From Omnitrophica WOR_2 bacterium GWF2_43_52 (GTDB lineage: Bacteria > Omnitrophota > Gorgyraeia > Gygaellales > UBA12090), in contig MHGF01000036.1 in assembly GCA_001805445.1 (NCBI GenBank), positions 7,526 to 71,525 on the forward strand: a stretch of 64,000 nt of DNA. Reading direction: 5' to 3'. Position 1 is the first letter of the stretch, and each line of letters opens with the position of its first letter. Below, in pieces: positions 10,111 through 18,798 of this stretch. The position numbers and the translations under genes were made by a program. Below the pieces are notes generated by a model. The model searched no databases, was not told where the DNA came from, and saw only the letters and a list, made by a program, of their open reading frames with translations.

Positions 10111-10184
10111 GGGGCGTGGCTCAGTTTGGCTAGAGCGCTTGAATGGGGTTCAAGAGGTCGACGGTTCAAGTCCGTCCGCCCCGA
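10110..10184 (+). tRNA. tRNA-Pro (anticodon GGG)
   Basis: Acceptor CGGGGCG/CGCCCCG, D-stem GCTC/GAGC, anticodon stem CTTGA/TCAAG with loop ATGGGGT (anticodon GGG), T-arm ACGG-TTCAAGT-CCGT, discriminator A. Confidence 0.75.
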
Positions 10185-10249
10185 CTACACTCTTTTAACG
10201 TTTACCCTATTACACCGTTAAATTAATTATTATTGGTTAACGGTGTAAT

Positions 10250-10375
10250 AAAGGGGGTGTGGGGGAGACCGTCACCCACGATTGGGGAGTGCTCAGCGAT
10301 CCGCCGTAGGCGGAGAGCGCCGAAGGGGGGCTTGCTCCCCTAGCGGAAGTGCGGAGGCAAATTCCGCTTACCCAT
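10250..10375. repeat. Copy 1 of a ~100-nt GC-rich conserved element (AAGGGGTGTGGGGGAGACCGTC.CCCACG.TTGGGG.GTGCTCAGCGATCCGCCGTAGGCGGAGAGCGCCGAAGGGGGGCTTGC.CCCCTAGCGGAAGTGCG)
   Basis: Near-identical second copy at 15402-15530. Contains nested hairpins (CCGCC-GTAG-GCGG; GGGGGG-CTTGC-CCCC). GC-rich island in AT-rich DNA, upstream of the GroES-like gene. Preceded by the inverted repeat TTACACCGTTAA...TTAACGGTGTAA. Confidence 0.75.
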
Positions 10376-10398
10376 AAGAATTAATTTGACGGAGCGCT

Positions 10399-10767
10399 AT
10401 GGCAGATAAAATTGATAAAAAATTGATCGTCGTAGGTGATCGGGTGCTGATTATCCCTGATGACGGCCAGAATCGCACCGATACAGGGTTATATCTACCG
10501 CAAGGAGTAAAAGAGAAGGAAAAGGTACAGAGTGGGACTATTGTCAAGATTGGCCCTGGGTATCCTGTGGTTGACCCTTCGGCGCTCGAGGTAGAGCCAT
10601 GGCAGGCGCCAAAGGTAGAGAATAGGTATTTCCCGCTTTTGGCAAAGGAAGGCGATTATTGTATTTTCTTAAGAAACGCCGGAGTAGAGATAGAATATGA
10701 GGGGAAAAAATATATCGTGGCTCCCCATTCCGCAATCCTTGTGCTTTTAAGAAATACGTTAGAATAG
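10399..10767 (+). CDS. GroES/Cpn10-like small protein
   Basis: 122 aa; N-terminal KKLIVVGDRVLIIPDD and overall beta-rich pattern resemble co-chaperonin GroES; longer than canonical. Confidence 0.45.
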   Translation: MADKIDKKLIVVGDRVLIIPDDGQNRTDTGLYLPQGVKEKEKVQSGTIVKIGPGYPVVDPSALEVEPWQAPKVENRYFPLLAKEGDYCIFLRNAGVEIEYEGKKYIVAPHSAILVLLRNTLE

Positions 10768-10908
10768 TTTTTTGTAATTGTAAGATAAATTGAGGCCAGC
10801 GCCATGGGTAGCCAAAAGCACCTTGGTAAAGAGATTGCGAAGCTAATGATAATTAATGTAAGCAAGAGCTAAAAAACATCCAGCTCTTCGGCAAAAGGGA
10901 GGACACGT

Positions 10909-11268
10909 ATGACAGTCTATACAGGGCCTGAGCGGAGGAAAAAACCTCGGATCGCGGGTAAATTTGTGGTTTCTTACCGTGTAAAAGTTGAGGTCAATAA
11001 CTATGATATTTCTCAGACACGTAATTTAAGCCTCGGGGGAATGTTACTTACCACCAATAGATTTTTTTCTCGAGGGACGGTTCTTGCCATTGATATCCGC
11101 CTGCCGTTTTTTATCGACGCGATAAAGCTTACGGGAATGGTAATAGAATCAAAGGAAGTGGTGAAAGACCTGATTTATGATACCCGTATCCAGTTCCTGG
11201 AAATAGACCCAAGGGCTGAAAGCATTGTGAATGATACGGTAGGATATTATTTAAGAACACAAAAATAA
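10909..11268 (+). CDS. PilZ-domain protein (c-di-GMP-binding type)
   Basis: PERRKKPR (RxxxR) and DIS.GG motifs characteristic of PilZ; 119 aa. Confidence 0.7.
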   Translation: MTVYTGPERRKKPRIAGKFVVSYRVKVEVNNYDISQTRNLSLGGMLLTTNRFFSRGTVLAIDIRLPFFIDAIKLTGMVIESKEVVKDLIYDTRIQFLEIDPRAESIVNDTVGYYLRTQK

Positions 11269-11280
11269 ATAAGGATACCT

Positions 11281-12576
11281 ATGATGGACAAAATTAATAT
11301 CGGGGTGATCGGCTTTGGTACCGTCGGAAGCGGAGTTATCCGCGCCTTACTGGCAAAACCACACTTTTTTGAGAAGAAAACAGGCGCACGGCTGGTAGTA
11401 AAAACTATTTGCGACAAAGATATCCGAACCAAGCGTGAGGTGAGTGTCGAAAAGAGTATCCTGACGACTGATGTCAACAGTATTCTACATGACGCTGACG
11501 TGTCTATTGTTGTTGAGCTTATCGGGGGGATACATCCGGCGAAAGAATTTATTTTAGAAGCATTGAGGCGCGGAAAGCATGTGGTTACCGCCAATAAAGC
11601 GCTCTTGGCAGAATGCGGGGAAGAAATTTTTCAGGCGGCGAAAAAAGCAAATGTGGATTTATATTTTGAGGCATCGGTGGGCGGAGGTATCCCAATTATT
11701 AAGGCGCTCAGGGAATCATTAGGAGGGAATCATATTGATACCCTCTTGGGGATTGTGAATGGAACATCGAATTATATCTTGACGTCTATGGATGAAGAGG
11801 GTTTGAGTTTTAATCAGGCGCTCATAGAAGCAAAAAAGAAAGGCTACGCGGAGAAGAATCCTGCCTTGGATATTAAGGGCATTGATTCGGCGCACAAACT
11901 GGCCATCTTGTCTTTACTGAGCTTTGGTAAAAGCATTGCCAGCAACGCGATCTATGTCGAAGGCATAGAAGATATTTCTTTGAGCGATATTCGTTATGCC
12001 CAGGATTTTGGCTATGTGATAAAACTTTTGGCAATCGCGAAAAATATCAACGGCCAGTTAGAGGCACGGGTTCATCCCACGCTTTTATCCAAGGAACATC
12101 TGCTTTCTAATGTCAAGGGTGTCTATAACGCGATTTATGTGCACGGGGATTTGGCGGGAGGCACATTGTTTTATGGCCGCGGCGCAGGCAGTAAGCCCGC
12201 GGCAAGTTCAGTCTTAGGTGATATTATAGATGTGGCGCGAAACATAAAACATAATTCCGTAAACCGGGTGCCTATCTATGTAGAAGATAAGACGATTAAG
12301 AAAGTCCGGGATATAGATGATATAGAAACCAGGTATTATCTGAGGCTCTCGGTTATCGATAAGCCCGGCGGGTTAGGAAAAATTGCCGCGATTTTAGGCC
12401 GGCACGGCATTTCTATTGCCTCAGTAGCGCAAAAAGAAAGAAAACAAGCAAAGATTGTCCCTGTTGTTATGATGACTCATGACGCAAAGGAAAGAAATAT
12501 GCGTTTGGCGTTAGAGGAAATCAGCAGGCTTGGCGGGATTAAGAAAAAAACTATAGCTATACGGGTTGAACGGTAA
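11281..12576 (+). CDS. hom: Homoserine dehydrogenase
   Basis: N-terminal NAD-binding INIGVIGFGTVGSGV, catalytic domain, C-terminal ACT domain; 431 aa. Confidence 0.9.
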   Translation: MMDKINIGVIGFGTVGSGVIRALLAKPHFFEKKTGARLVVKTICDKDIRTKREVSVEKSILTTDVNSILHDADVSIVVELIGGIHPAKEFILEALRRGKHVVTANKALLAECGEEIFQAAKKANVDLYFEASVGGGIPIIKALRESLGGNHIDTLLGIVNGTSNYILTSMDEEGLSFNQALIEAKKKGYAEKNPALDIKGIDSAHKLAILSLLSFGKSIASNAIYVEGIEDISLSDIRYAQDFGYVIKLLAIAKNINGQLEARVHPTLLSKEHLLSNVKGVYNAIYVHGDLAGGTLFYGRGAGSKPAASSVLGDIIDVARNIKHNSVNRVPIYVEDKTIKKVRDIDDIETRYYLRLSVIDKPGGLGKIAAILGRHGISIASVAQKERKQAKIVPVVMMTHDAKERNMRLALEEISRLGGIKKKTIAIRVER

Positions 12577-13652
12577 TGGGCTATCGAGGCTTAATCGAGA
12601 CATTTAGGAGATTCCTGCCTGTTACTGAAAAAACGCCCGTGGTTAGCCTCTTGGAAGGCAATACGCCCTTAATGCCTTCAGGCTATCTAAACAGCATTGT
12701 GGGAACTGGCTTTGAGGTGTATTTTAAGTTTGAAGGGTTAAATCCTACCGGCTCATTTAAGGACCGAGGGATGACCCTGGCGGTTTCCAAAGCCAAAGAA
12801 GCAGGCGCGAAGATTATTATGTGCGCCTCAACAGGAAATACCTCTGCTTCAGCTGCTGCCTATGCCGCTAAAGCCGGGCTTGGCTGTGTGGTGTTGATTC
12901 CTGAGGGAGCTATTGCCTTGGGTAAGCTTGCCCAGGCGCTTATTCATGGAGCGAAGGTTTTGGCGCTCCAAGGAAATTTTGACGAAGCCTTAAGCATTGT
13001 TAAAGAAATTACTGCCCGGTATCCCATTGTCTTGGTCAATTCTTTAAATCCTCATCGTTTAGAAGGGCAAAAGACCGCTGCCTTTGAGATTTGTGATACG
13101 TTAGAAGGCGCGCCTGATTACCAATGTATTCCTGTCGGTAACGCGGGAAATATCACTGCCTACTGGAAAGGTTACCAGGAATACAAAAAACAAGGCTTGG
13201 TTTCGTCACTGCCGAAATTATTAGGATTCCAGGCCGCGGGAGCCGCTCCTATCGTTAATGGCCGTCCCATAAAAAAGCCAAAAACCATTGCTACGGCAAT
13301 CAGAATCGGTAATCCTGCAAGCTGGAAGCAGGCAGAGGCTGCCCGCGATGAATCCGGAGGGTTGATTGATTCTGTAACGGACAAAGAGATTGTTGATGCG
13401 TATAAACTTTTAGCATCAAAAGAGGGTATTTTTGTTGAGCCCGCGTCAGCCGCGTCAGTTGCCGGTTTACTGAAGTTGGCAAGAAAAGGATATTTTCACC
13501 GCACATCACAAATCACAAATCGCAAATTGAAAATTGTTTGTATTTTGACCGGCCACGGCCTGAAAGACCCTGACCGGGCAATTAAAATAGTCCATAAGCC
13601 AAAGATTATAAAGGCAGATTTAAAGGCTGTGTTACGGGAGATTGGGTATTAG
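12576..13652 (+). CDS. thrC: Threonine synthase
   Basis: PLP-lysine motif FEGLNPTGSFKDRGM; 358 aa. Carries a short tandem-repeat-derived insertion near the C-terminus (13505-13528). Confidence 0.9.
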   Translation: MGYRGLIETFRRFLPVTEKTPVVSLLEGNTPLMPSGYLNSIVGTGFEVYFKFEGLNPTGSFKDRGMTLAVSKAKEAGAKIIMCASTGNTSASAAAYAAKAGLGCVVLIPEGAIALGKLAQALIHGAKVLALQGNFDEALSIVKEITARYPIVLVNSLNPHRLEGQKTAAFEICDTLEGAPDYQCIPVGNAGNITAYWKGYQEYKKQGLVSSLPKLLGFQAAGAAPIVNGRPIKKPKTIATAIRIGNPASWKQAEAARDESGGLIDSVTDKEIVDAYKLLASKEGIFVEPASAASVAGLLKLARKGYFHRTSQITNRKLKIVCILTGHGLKDPDRAIKIVHKPKIIKADLKAVLREIGY

Positions 13653-13726
13653 CAGCTGTCAGCTTTCGGCTGTCAGCTATCAGCTTTGAGCTGAAAGCCG
13701 GATGCTGATAGCTGAAGGCTGAAAAA

Positions 13727-14368
13727 ATGAATTTAAGAAATAAGCGAATTTTGATTACTGCCGGGCCTACGTGGGTTGCTATAGACAGCATGCGGATAAT
13801 TTCTAATAGCGCAACCGGTACGACCGGCATTTTGTTAGCCCGTGATTTAGCCCGTAAGGGTGCTAAAGTAACGCTTGTTTTGGGCCCTGTCTGCGGTGGC
13901 AGCGGGTATCAGTTGCCTAACATTAGGATAGTGAGGTTTAGTTTTTTTCATGAATTAAAACATGCCCTTATCCAAGAGTTACGTTGGCAAGCCTATGATG
14001 TGGTTATCCATTCTGCCGCGGTTTCAGATTTCGCGCCAGCCCACCATATCAGGGGAAAATTAAAATCCGATAGGCCGCATACTTTAAGGCTTAAGGTGCT
14101 GCCAAAACTTATTGCTACGATACAAAGGGTTTCTCCTCAATCGGCCTTGGTAATATTTAAATTGGAATCGGGGATATCTGACCTTGAACTCATACGGCGC
14201 GCGAGAAGGGCACTCTCAGATCAAGGCGCGGATATCATTGTGGCAAATAAAATAAAGCCAAAGTATCGGGCTTACCTGCTTGATAAAGAAAAAATATACG
14301 CGAAGGTTGATGCTAAAGAAACGTTAGTCAAGTCTCTTATTACTCTCATAGGTGATATATGGAATTAA
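13727..14368 (+). CDS. coaB: Phosphopantothenate--cysteine ligase domain protein (stand-alone CoaB)
   Basis: RILITAGPTWVAIDSMRIISNSATGTTG matches the CoaB motif ILVTAGPT.E.ID.VR.I.N.SSG; no CoaC flavoprotein domain. Confidence 0.75.
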   Translation: MNLRNKRILITAGPTWVAIDSMRIISNSATGTTGILLARDLARKGAKVTLVLGPVCGGSGYQLPNIRIVRFSFFHELKHALIQELRWQAYDVVIHSAAVSDFAPAHHIRGKLKSDRPHTLRLKVLPKLIATIQRVSPQSALVIFKLESGISDLELIRRARRALSDQGADIIVANKIKPKYRAYLLDKEKIYAKVDAKETLVKSLITLIGDIWN

Positions 14369-15090
14369 CGCAGGTAAACGCGGCTTTTAGGAAAGTGCTC
14401 CAGGATTTTACCGTATTGCTTAGAGTGAAGCTTCCGGAAAATTTAAAGGTAGTCATGCTCTATGGGAGCGCGGTAGGTGGTGATTATTCAAAGAAACATT
14501 CGGATATTAATATTTTGTTGATTGTTGAGCAGCTTGATACAGCGACGCTTAAAAGTATTGGTATTCTTAAACGACGGCGCGGCTTTGGCGCCATTGCGCC
14601 ATTGGTATTATCTAAAAAAGATATGGAAACATCAGTCGATACCTTCCCGATAGAGTTTTTAGATATAAAAGAAAACCATATTCTTATATGGGGAGAAGAT
14701 TATAGTAAAGATTTGGTTATTAATCTTACGCACTTAAGGCATCAGTGCGAAGTGGAACTCAAATCAAAGCTCATTCAGGCGCAGCAGGCCTATAGCGCGG
14801 CATGTACTGATAAACGCGCGCTTGAAAACTTTTTGGTTAAAAATTTACCGGCCTTTATTATTGTTTTTAAGAATATTTTGCGCCTTAAGGGGATTTCGGA
14901 AGACGCGAAGGATAAAATTCTTGAACGGATTGCTCTTGAGTTTGGTTTATCAGCGGCTCTTTTCAGGCAGCTATGGCAGCTACGCCAGGAAACGGTAAAA
15001 AGAGCTGAGGCTGGCGACATCTTTGAGAGGTTCTTGGAAGCTTTGTGGCAGCTTTCCGATAAGGTTGATGCCTTTATGGTAAAGGGATAG
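14359..15090 (+). CDS. Nucleotidyltransferase-domain protein (Pol-beta superfamily)
   Basis: LYGSAVGGDYSKKHSDINILLIV fits the GS....G....SD.D NTase motif; 243 aa. Confidence 0.5.
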   Translation: MELTQVNAAFRKVLQDFTVLLRVKLPENLKVVMLYGSAVGGDYSKKHSDINILLIVEQLDTATLKSIGILKRRRGFGAIAPLVLSKKDMETSVDTFPIEFLDIKENHILIWGEDYSKDLVINLTHLRHQCEVELKSKLIQAQQAYSAACTDKRALENFLVKNLPAFIIVFKNILRLKGISEDAKDKILERIALEFGLSAALFRQLWQLRQETVKRAEAGDIFERFLEALWQLSDKVDAFMVKG

Positions 15091-15573
15091 TTACTAGTGC
15101 GCTGTGACATTAGATTTTGACATTGCGCTATCATGTTTGAATATAGGGCGGAGGTCCTGTCAAGGTTATGTTTTCGCGGGGACGTTCGGCCTGCTCCTGC
15201 GGCAGACCTCACTCGGCGTAAATTTTCGCGCCCGCCACTAAAAGCGAGAGCGGGTCCAAGCCGCGAAAATTTCCGTACGCCCCGCTCAAACACAACCTTG
15301 CCACCCCCGCTGGCAAGTGAAGTGTTGCAGATAGCATGAATTTATGTCACGGAGCACTAGTACACTGTGAAATTAATTTTCAATAATTGACAGTGTAGTA
15401 AAAGGGGTGTGGGGGAGACCGTCCCCCACGCTTGGGGGGGTGCTCAGCGATCCGCCGTAGGCGGAGAGCGCCGAAGGGGGCTTGCCCCCCTAGCGCCTGC
15501 CTGCCTGCCGGCAGGGAAGTGCGCCCTCAAACCACCGTATATTATCAATAATTAAGTTCACAGCGCACTAGTT
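15091..15573. repeat. About 480-bp noncoding segment bounded by 13-bp inverted repeats (CTAGTGCGCTGTG / CACAGCGCACTAG, with a degenerate internal copy at 15346-15361) holding a GC-rich block and copy 2 of the GC-rich element
   Basis: Read directly. Internal inverted repeat GGCGTAAATTTTCGCGC / GCGAAAATTTCCGTACGCC. Strong GC skew relative to flanks. The 68-aa ORF at 15133-15339 is low-complexity (P/R/A-rich) and judged noncoding. Confidence 0.6.
15402..15530. repeat. Copy 2 of the GC-rich conserved element, carrying a nested insertion of the 22-bp CCTGCCTGCCGGCAGG palindrome between CTAGCG and GGAAGTGCG
   Basis: Copy 1 reads CTAGCGGAAGTGCG. Copy 2 reads CTAGCG-CCTGCCTGCCTGCCGGCAG-GGAAGTGCG. 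Confidence 0.75.
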
Positions 15574-16473
15574 ATGCTCAAGCACACAGCGATATGGTTG
15601 TTAGGTGTTATAGGTACTATAGCTTTATCGCCACAGGCCGTTGGCGATACTATCCCCCAGCCGGCAGGGTGGGTAAATGATTTTTCCAATTGCATCAGCG
15701 ATGAGTATAGGCAGAAGATTACTGAATTGATCACTGAAGTAGAGCTTAAGACTTCATCTGAAATAGCTGTAGTCACAGTCGCTTCAATGGCTCCTTATGA
15801 TGAGGCAGGCTACGCGCGATTGCTCTTTGATAGGTGGAAACCGGGTAAGAAAGGCAAAGATAACGGGGTTTTGGTATTATTGGCGATAAAGGAAAGGGCT
15901 TGGCGTATTGAAACCGGTTATGGTATGGAAGAGCTTTTGCCTGATGGGGTATGTGGTGAGATAGGCAGAGACTATATGGTGCCTTCTTTTAAGGAGGGTT
16001 TATACGGCAAGGGGCTTTATTACGGAGTCCTCGCGATAGCAGGGGCCATTGTGAAAAATTCAGGCGGCACTTTGGAGCATGCAGAAAGGCTCCCTCCTAA
16101 GAAAAGCGTTGATGCGCCGTTATTTCTATATTTTTTTGCCTTTATATTTTTTGCCATCTGGAATTTACCCTGGCCGATTTTTATAGGGTTGCCATTTACC
16201 GCATTCTTTGCCCTGTGTTTCTATCAAGTGTCCCCATGGGTGAGCTTATTGATTATTGCAGGATATTGCGTTTCTCTGATTATTAGATACAGGTATTGGT
16301 CAGAGCAATCACCTAAAAGGCGAAGAAGTTTTTTCGGGCCGCAGGATTATGGTGGAAGAGTGACAAGCGGAGGATGGGGAGGTGGATACAGCGGTGGTTT
16401 TGGCGGAGGGGGGAGTTTCGGTGGCTTTGGCGGCGGTGGCGGCGGTGGCGGCGGAGCCGGGGGCAGGTTCTAA
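15574..16473 (+). CDS. TPM-domain (YgcG/TLP18.3-like) membrane-anchored protein with Gly-rich C-terminal tail
   Basis: Signal/TM start, TPM core (KITELITEVELKTSSEIAVVTV...GVLVLLAIKERAWRIETGYG), TM helices, GGWGGGYSGGFGGGG tail. Classic partner of LemA. Confidence 0.75.
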   Translation: MLKHTAIWLLGVIGTIALSPQAVGDTIPQPAGWVNDFSNCISDEYRQKITELITEVELKTSSEIAVVTVASMAPYDEAGYARLLFDRWKPGKKGKDNGVLVLLAIKERAWRIETGYGMEELLPDGVCGEIGRDYMVPSFKEGLYGKGLYYGVLAIAGAIVKNSGGTLEHAERLPPKKSVDAPLFLYFFAFIFFAIWNLPWPIFIGLPFTAFFALCFYQVSPWVSLLIIAGYCVSLIIRYRYWSEQSPKRRRSFFGPQDYGGRVTSGGWGGGYSGGFGGGGSFGGFGGGGGGGGGAGGRF

Positions 16474-16536
16474 ATAGAGCTCAAAGCGTTCTCTAGTACA
16501 CCGTTATATTAATTATTGCCTGCCTGCCACGGGCAG

Positions 16537-16705
16537 GGATATCAGGGTATCAGGGAATTGGGATTTGGGGATCGGGCAATCGAAGGATTAGGGAAAAACC
16601 GATATTTTGTTCCCAATATCCTGATATCCTAATCACCAAATCCTAATCTCCCGATCACCTAATCTCCGCATTTAACATGGTTAATTACATATATTATACG
16701 AGGAG
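16537..16705. repeat. Copy B of the ATCAGG-hexamer palindromic element plus conserved tail CCGCATTTAACATGGTTAATTACATATATTATACG (promoter-like) upstream of lemA
   Basis: GGATATCAGGGTATCAGGGAATTGGGATTTGGGG...CCCAATATCCTGATATCCTAATCACCAAATCCTAATCTCCCGATCACCTAATCTCC. Immediately preceded by the GCCTGCCTGCCACGGGCAGGG palindrome (16518-16538). Confidence 0.8.
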
Positions 16706-16713
16706 GTTTTAAG

Positions 16714-17271
16714 ATGAAGAATTTTTTTATCGGTTTGTTGATTATCGTGGTTATCATAGGAGTGGGTTTTATCGGTATTTATAATACCTTAGTTTCAAAG
16801 AGTGAAAATGTCAAGGCTTCCTGGGCGCAAGTAGAGAATGTGTTGCAGAGAAGAGCGGATTTAATTCCGAATCTGGTAAATACGGTAAAAGGATATGCCG
16901 CCCATGAAAAGACGGTGTTTGAAGAAATAACCAAGGCGCGTTCTGCCTGGGCAAATGCCCCAACACAGGATGATAAAATTAAAGCGGCATCTTCTATGGA
17001 TTCGGCAATTTCCCGGCTTTTGATCGTCGCTGAGAATTATCCTACGTTAAAAGCAGACGGCACCTTTTTAAGGCTTCAGGATGAATTAGCAGGCACAGAA
17101 AACAGGATTTCTGTGGAGAGAATGCGTTATAATGAAGCCGTGCGCGGCTACGCTGTCCTTTTGAAGAGTTTTCCGTCTAATCTGCTTGCGCATTGGTTTG
17201 GGTTTACGCAATTCTCAGAATATTTCAAGGCTGAGGAAAAGGCAAGGGTAGTGCCAGAGGTGAAGTTTTAA
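16714..17271 (+). CDS. lemA: LemA-family protein
   Basis: N-terminal TM followed by YNTLV...E.V...W.QVEN.LQRRADLIPNLV, typical LemA; 185 aa; strong RBS GAGGAGG. Confidence 0.85.
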   Translation: MKNFFIGLLIIVVIIGVGFIGIYNTLVSKSENVKASWAQVENVLQRRADLIPNLVNTVKGYAAHEKTVFEEITKARSAWANAPTQDDKIKAASSMDSAISRLLIVAENYPTLKADGTFLRLQDELAGTENRISVERMRYNEAVRGYAVLLKSFPSNLLAHWFGFTQFSEYFKAEEKARVVPEVKF

Positions 17272-17389
17272 ACAATCCCTCGCGTAGACGCTTGAAAATT
17301 TCTTTCGAAATTTTCTTCGCACGCTTCGGGATAAATTCGGCCGGATACCTTACGTTCGCTGCCTTACTTCGTAAGGCGCTCCGTAAGGT

Positions 17390-18595
17390 ATGGCCTCATT
17401 TATGAAATACATTATCTTAGTCGGTGACGGGATGTGTGATTATCCTCTCGCGGAGCTGGGCAATAAAACGCCGCTTGAATATGCCAAAACTCCGCATATG
17501 GATTTTCTGGCTAAAAATGGCAAGATTGGCCTGGCTAAAACTATTCCCGAAGGGATGTCCGCGGCTTCTGATGTTGCTAATTTGGGCATCTTTGGCTATG
17601 ACCCCAAGGTTTACTATTGCGGCAGAGGGCCGCTTGAGGCAGCGAACTTGGGGATAGCGCTAAAGCCTGATGAGGTAGCTTTTCGCTGTAATTTGATTAC
17701 CGCATCTGATGATGTCTTGATTGACTATAGCGCCGGCCATATCTCAACCAAAGAGGCGGGCGTGTTGATAAAGTTTTTAGACCAGAAACTTGGCTCATCA
17801 GAGGTGCGGTTTTATCCCGGGGTAAGTTACCGGCATTTGGCAATTATAAAGAATAAAGCCTTGCAAGCGCGCTGCGTGCCTCCCCACGATATTACCGGAA
17901 GGGAATTTAAAAAATACCTGCCGCATGGCGAGGATGCCCAGTTTCTGATTCTTTTAATGCAGGAAGCGCGTAAGCTTTTGCTTGAACATGAAATAAACCA
18001 GGTGCGCCTTGACTTAAAAGAAAACCCCGCGAATATGATGTGGCTCTGGGGGCAAGGGAAAAAGCCGGCAATTGTTCCTTTTAAGGATAAATATGGGATT
18101 AGAGGTTCAGTAATCTCAGCGGTTGATTTGATTAATGGCATTGGCAGGCTTGCCGGTTTAGAGGTGATTAAGGTTGAAGGCGCTACAGGCTATTATGATA
18201 CCAATTATAAAGGTAAGGCAGAGGCAGCGCTTGCCTCGTTAAAAAATAAGGATTTTGTCTACGTGCATGTTGAGGCCGCGGATGAGGCATCCCACAACGG
18301 CCACCTTCAGGAAAAGCTTTTAGCAATTGAAAGGTTTGACCAGTCTGTGGTGGGAACCATTATGGAAGGTTTGAAAGGCAGAGAGGATTTTCGGATCCTG
18401 CTGATGCCTGACCATGCCACCCCGTTATCGCTGCGCACGCATACCGCAGATAGCGTATGTTTTGCGGTGTACGGAAAAGGAATTAGCGCATCCGGCGCGG
18501 AAGGTTTTAATGAGATAGAAGCAAAAAAGAGTGGTATAGCCTTAGATAAGGCCTTTGTGCTTATGGATAGGTTGATTAAGGAAGAAGAGATATAA
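17390..18595 (+). CDS. ApgM-type cofactor-independent phosphoglycerate mutase homolog (family also proposed as a non-orthologous homoserine kinase)
   Basis: MKYIILVGDGMCDYPL...KTPLEYAKTPHMD matches archaeal-type iPGM/ApgM; 401 aa. Embedded between hom-thrC and lysC. Confidence 0.75.
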   Translation: MASFMKYIILVGDGMCDYPLAELGNKTPLEYAKTPHMDFLAKNGKIGLAKTIPEGMSAASDVANLGIFGYDPKVYYCGRGPLEAANLGIALKPDEVAFRCNLITASDDVLIDYSAGHISTKEAGVLIKFLDQKLGSSEVRFYPGVSYRHLAIIKNKALQARCVPPHDITGREFKKYLPHGEDAQFLILLMQEARKLLLEHEINQVRLDLKENPANMMWLWGQGKKPAIVPFKDKYGIRGSVISAVDLINGIGRLAGLEVIKVEGATGYYDTNYKGKAEAALASLKNKDFVYVHVEAADEASHNGHLQEKLLAIERFDQSVVGTIMEGLKGREDFRILLMPDHATPLSLRTHTADSVCFAVYGKGISASGAEGFNEIEAKKSGIALDKAFVLMDRLIKEEEI

Positions 18596-18640
18596 GAGTA
18601 CAAAGTAAGCCGATAGATAGTGAAAAGTTGCTTTAAAAGT

Positions 18641-18775
18641 GGATATCAGGGTATCGGGAAATTAGGAAAAAAACTATTCTTTATTCCTACTATCCCGATA
18701 TCCTGATTACCAAATCCTAATCTTCCCGGCCACCTGATTTCCGTATTTAACATGGTTATTTACCTATAGTATGTG
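18641..18775. repeat. Copy C of the ATCAGG-hexamer palindromic element with conserved tail CCGTATTTAACATGGTTATTTACCTATAGTATG upstream of lysC
   Basis: GGATATCAGGGTATCGGGAAATTAGG...CCTACTATCCCGATATCCTGATTACCAAATCCTAATCTTCCCGGCCACCTGATTTCC. Confidence 0.8.
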
Positions 18776-18798
18776 AAGAGAAAGGCAAAAGTAGAGAA

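Noticed and set aside
9888-10169. 93-aa minus-strand ORF
   Set aside because: It spans the palindromic repeat array and the tRNA-Pro gene. Its codon content is driven by the repeats, and it is antisense to a tRNA.
15133-15339. 68-aa plus-strand ORF in the GC-rich island
   Set aside because: Low-complexity P/R/A-rich translation inside an inverted-repeat-bounded noncoding element, with no RBS. Judged noncoding.
16375-16473. Gly-rich low-complexity DNA (GGTGGCGGCGG repeats) as a possible noncoding repeat
   Set aside because: It encodes the characteristic glycine-rich C-terminal tail of a YgcG/TPM-domain protein. It is coding low complexity, not an intergenic repeat.
17424-17657. 77-aa plus-strand ORF
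   Set aside because: Alternate frame fully inside the ApgM-like gene, which has a clear family match in its own frame.
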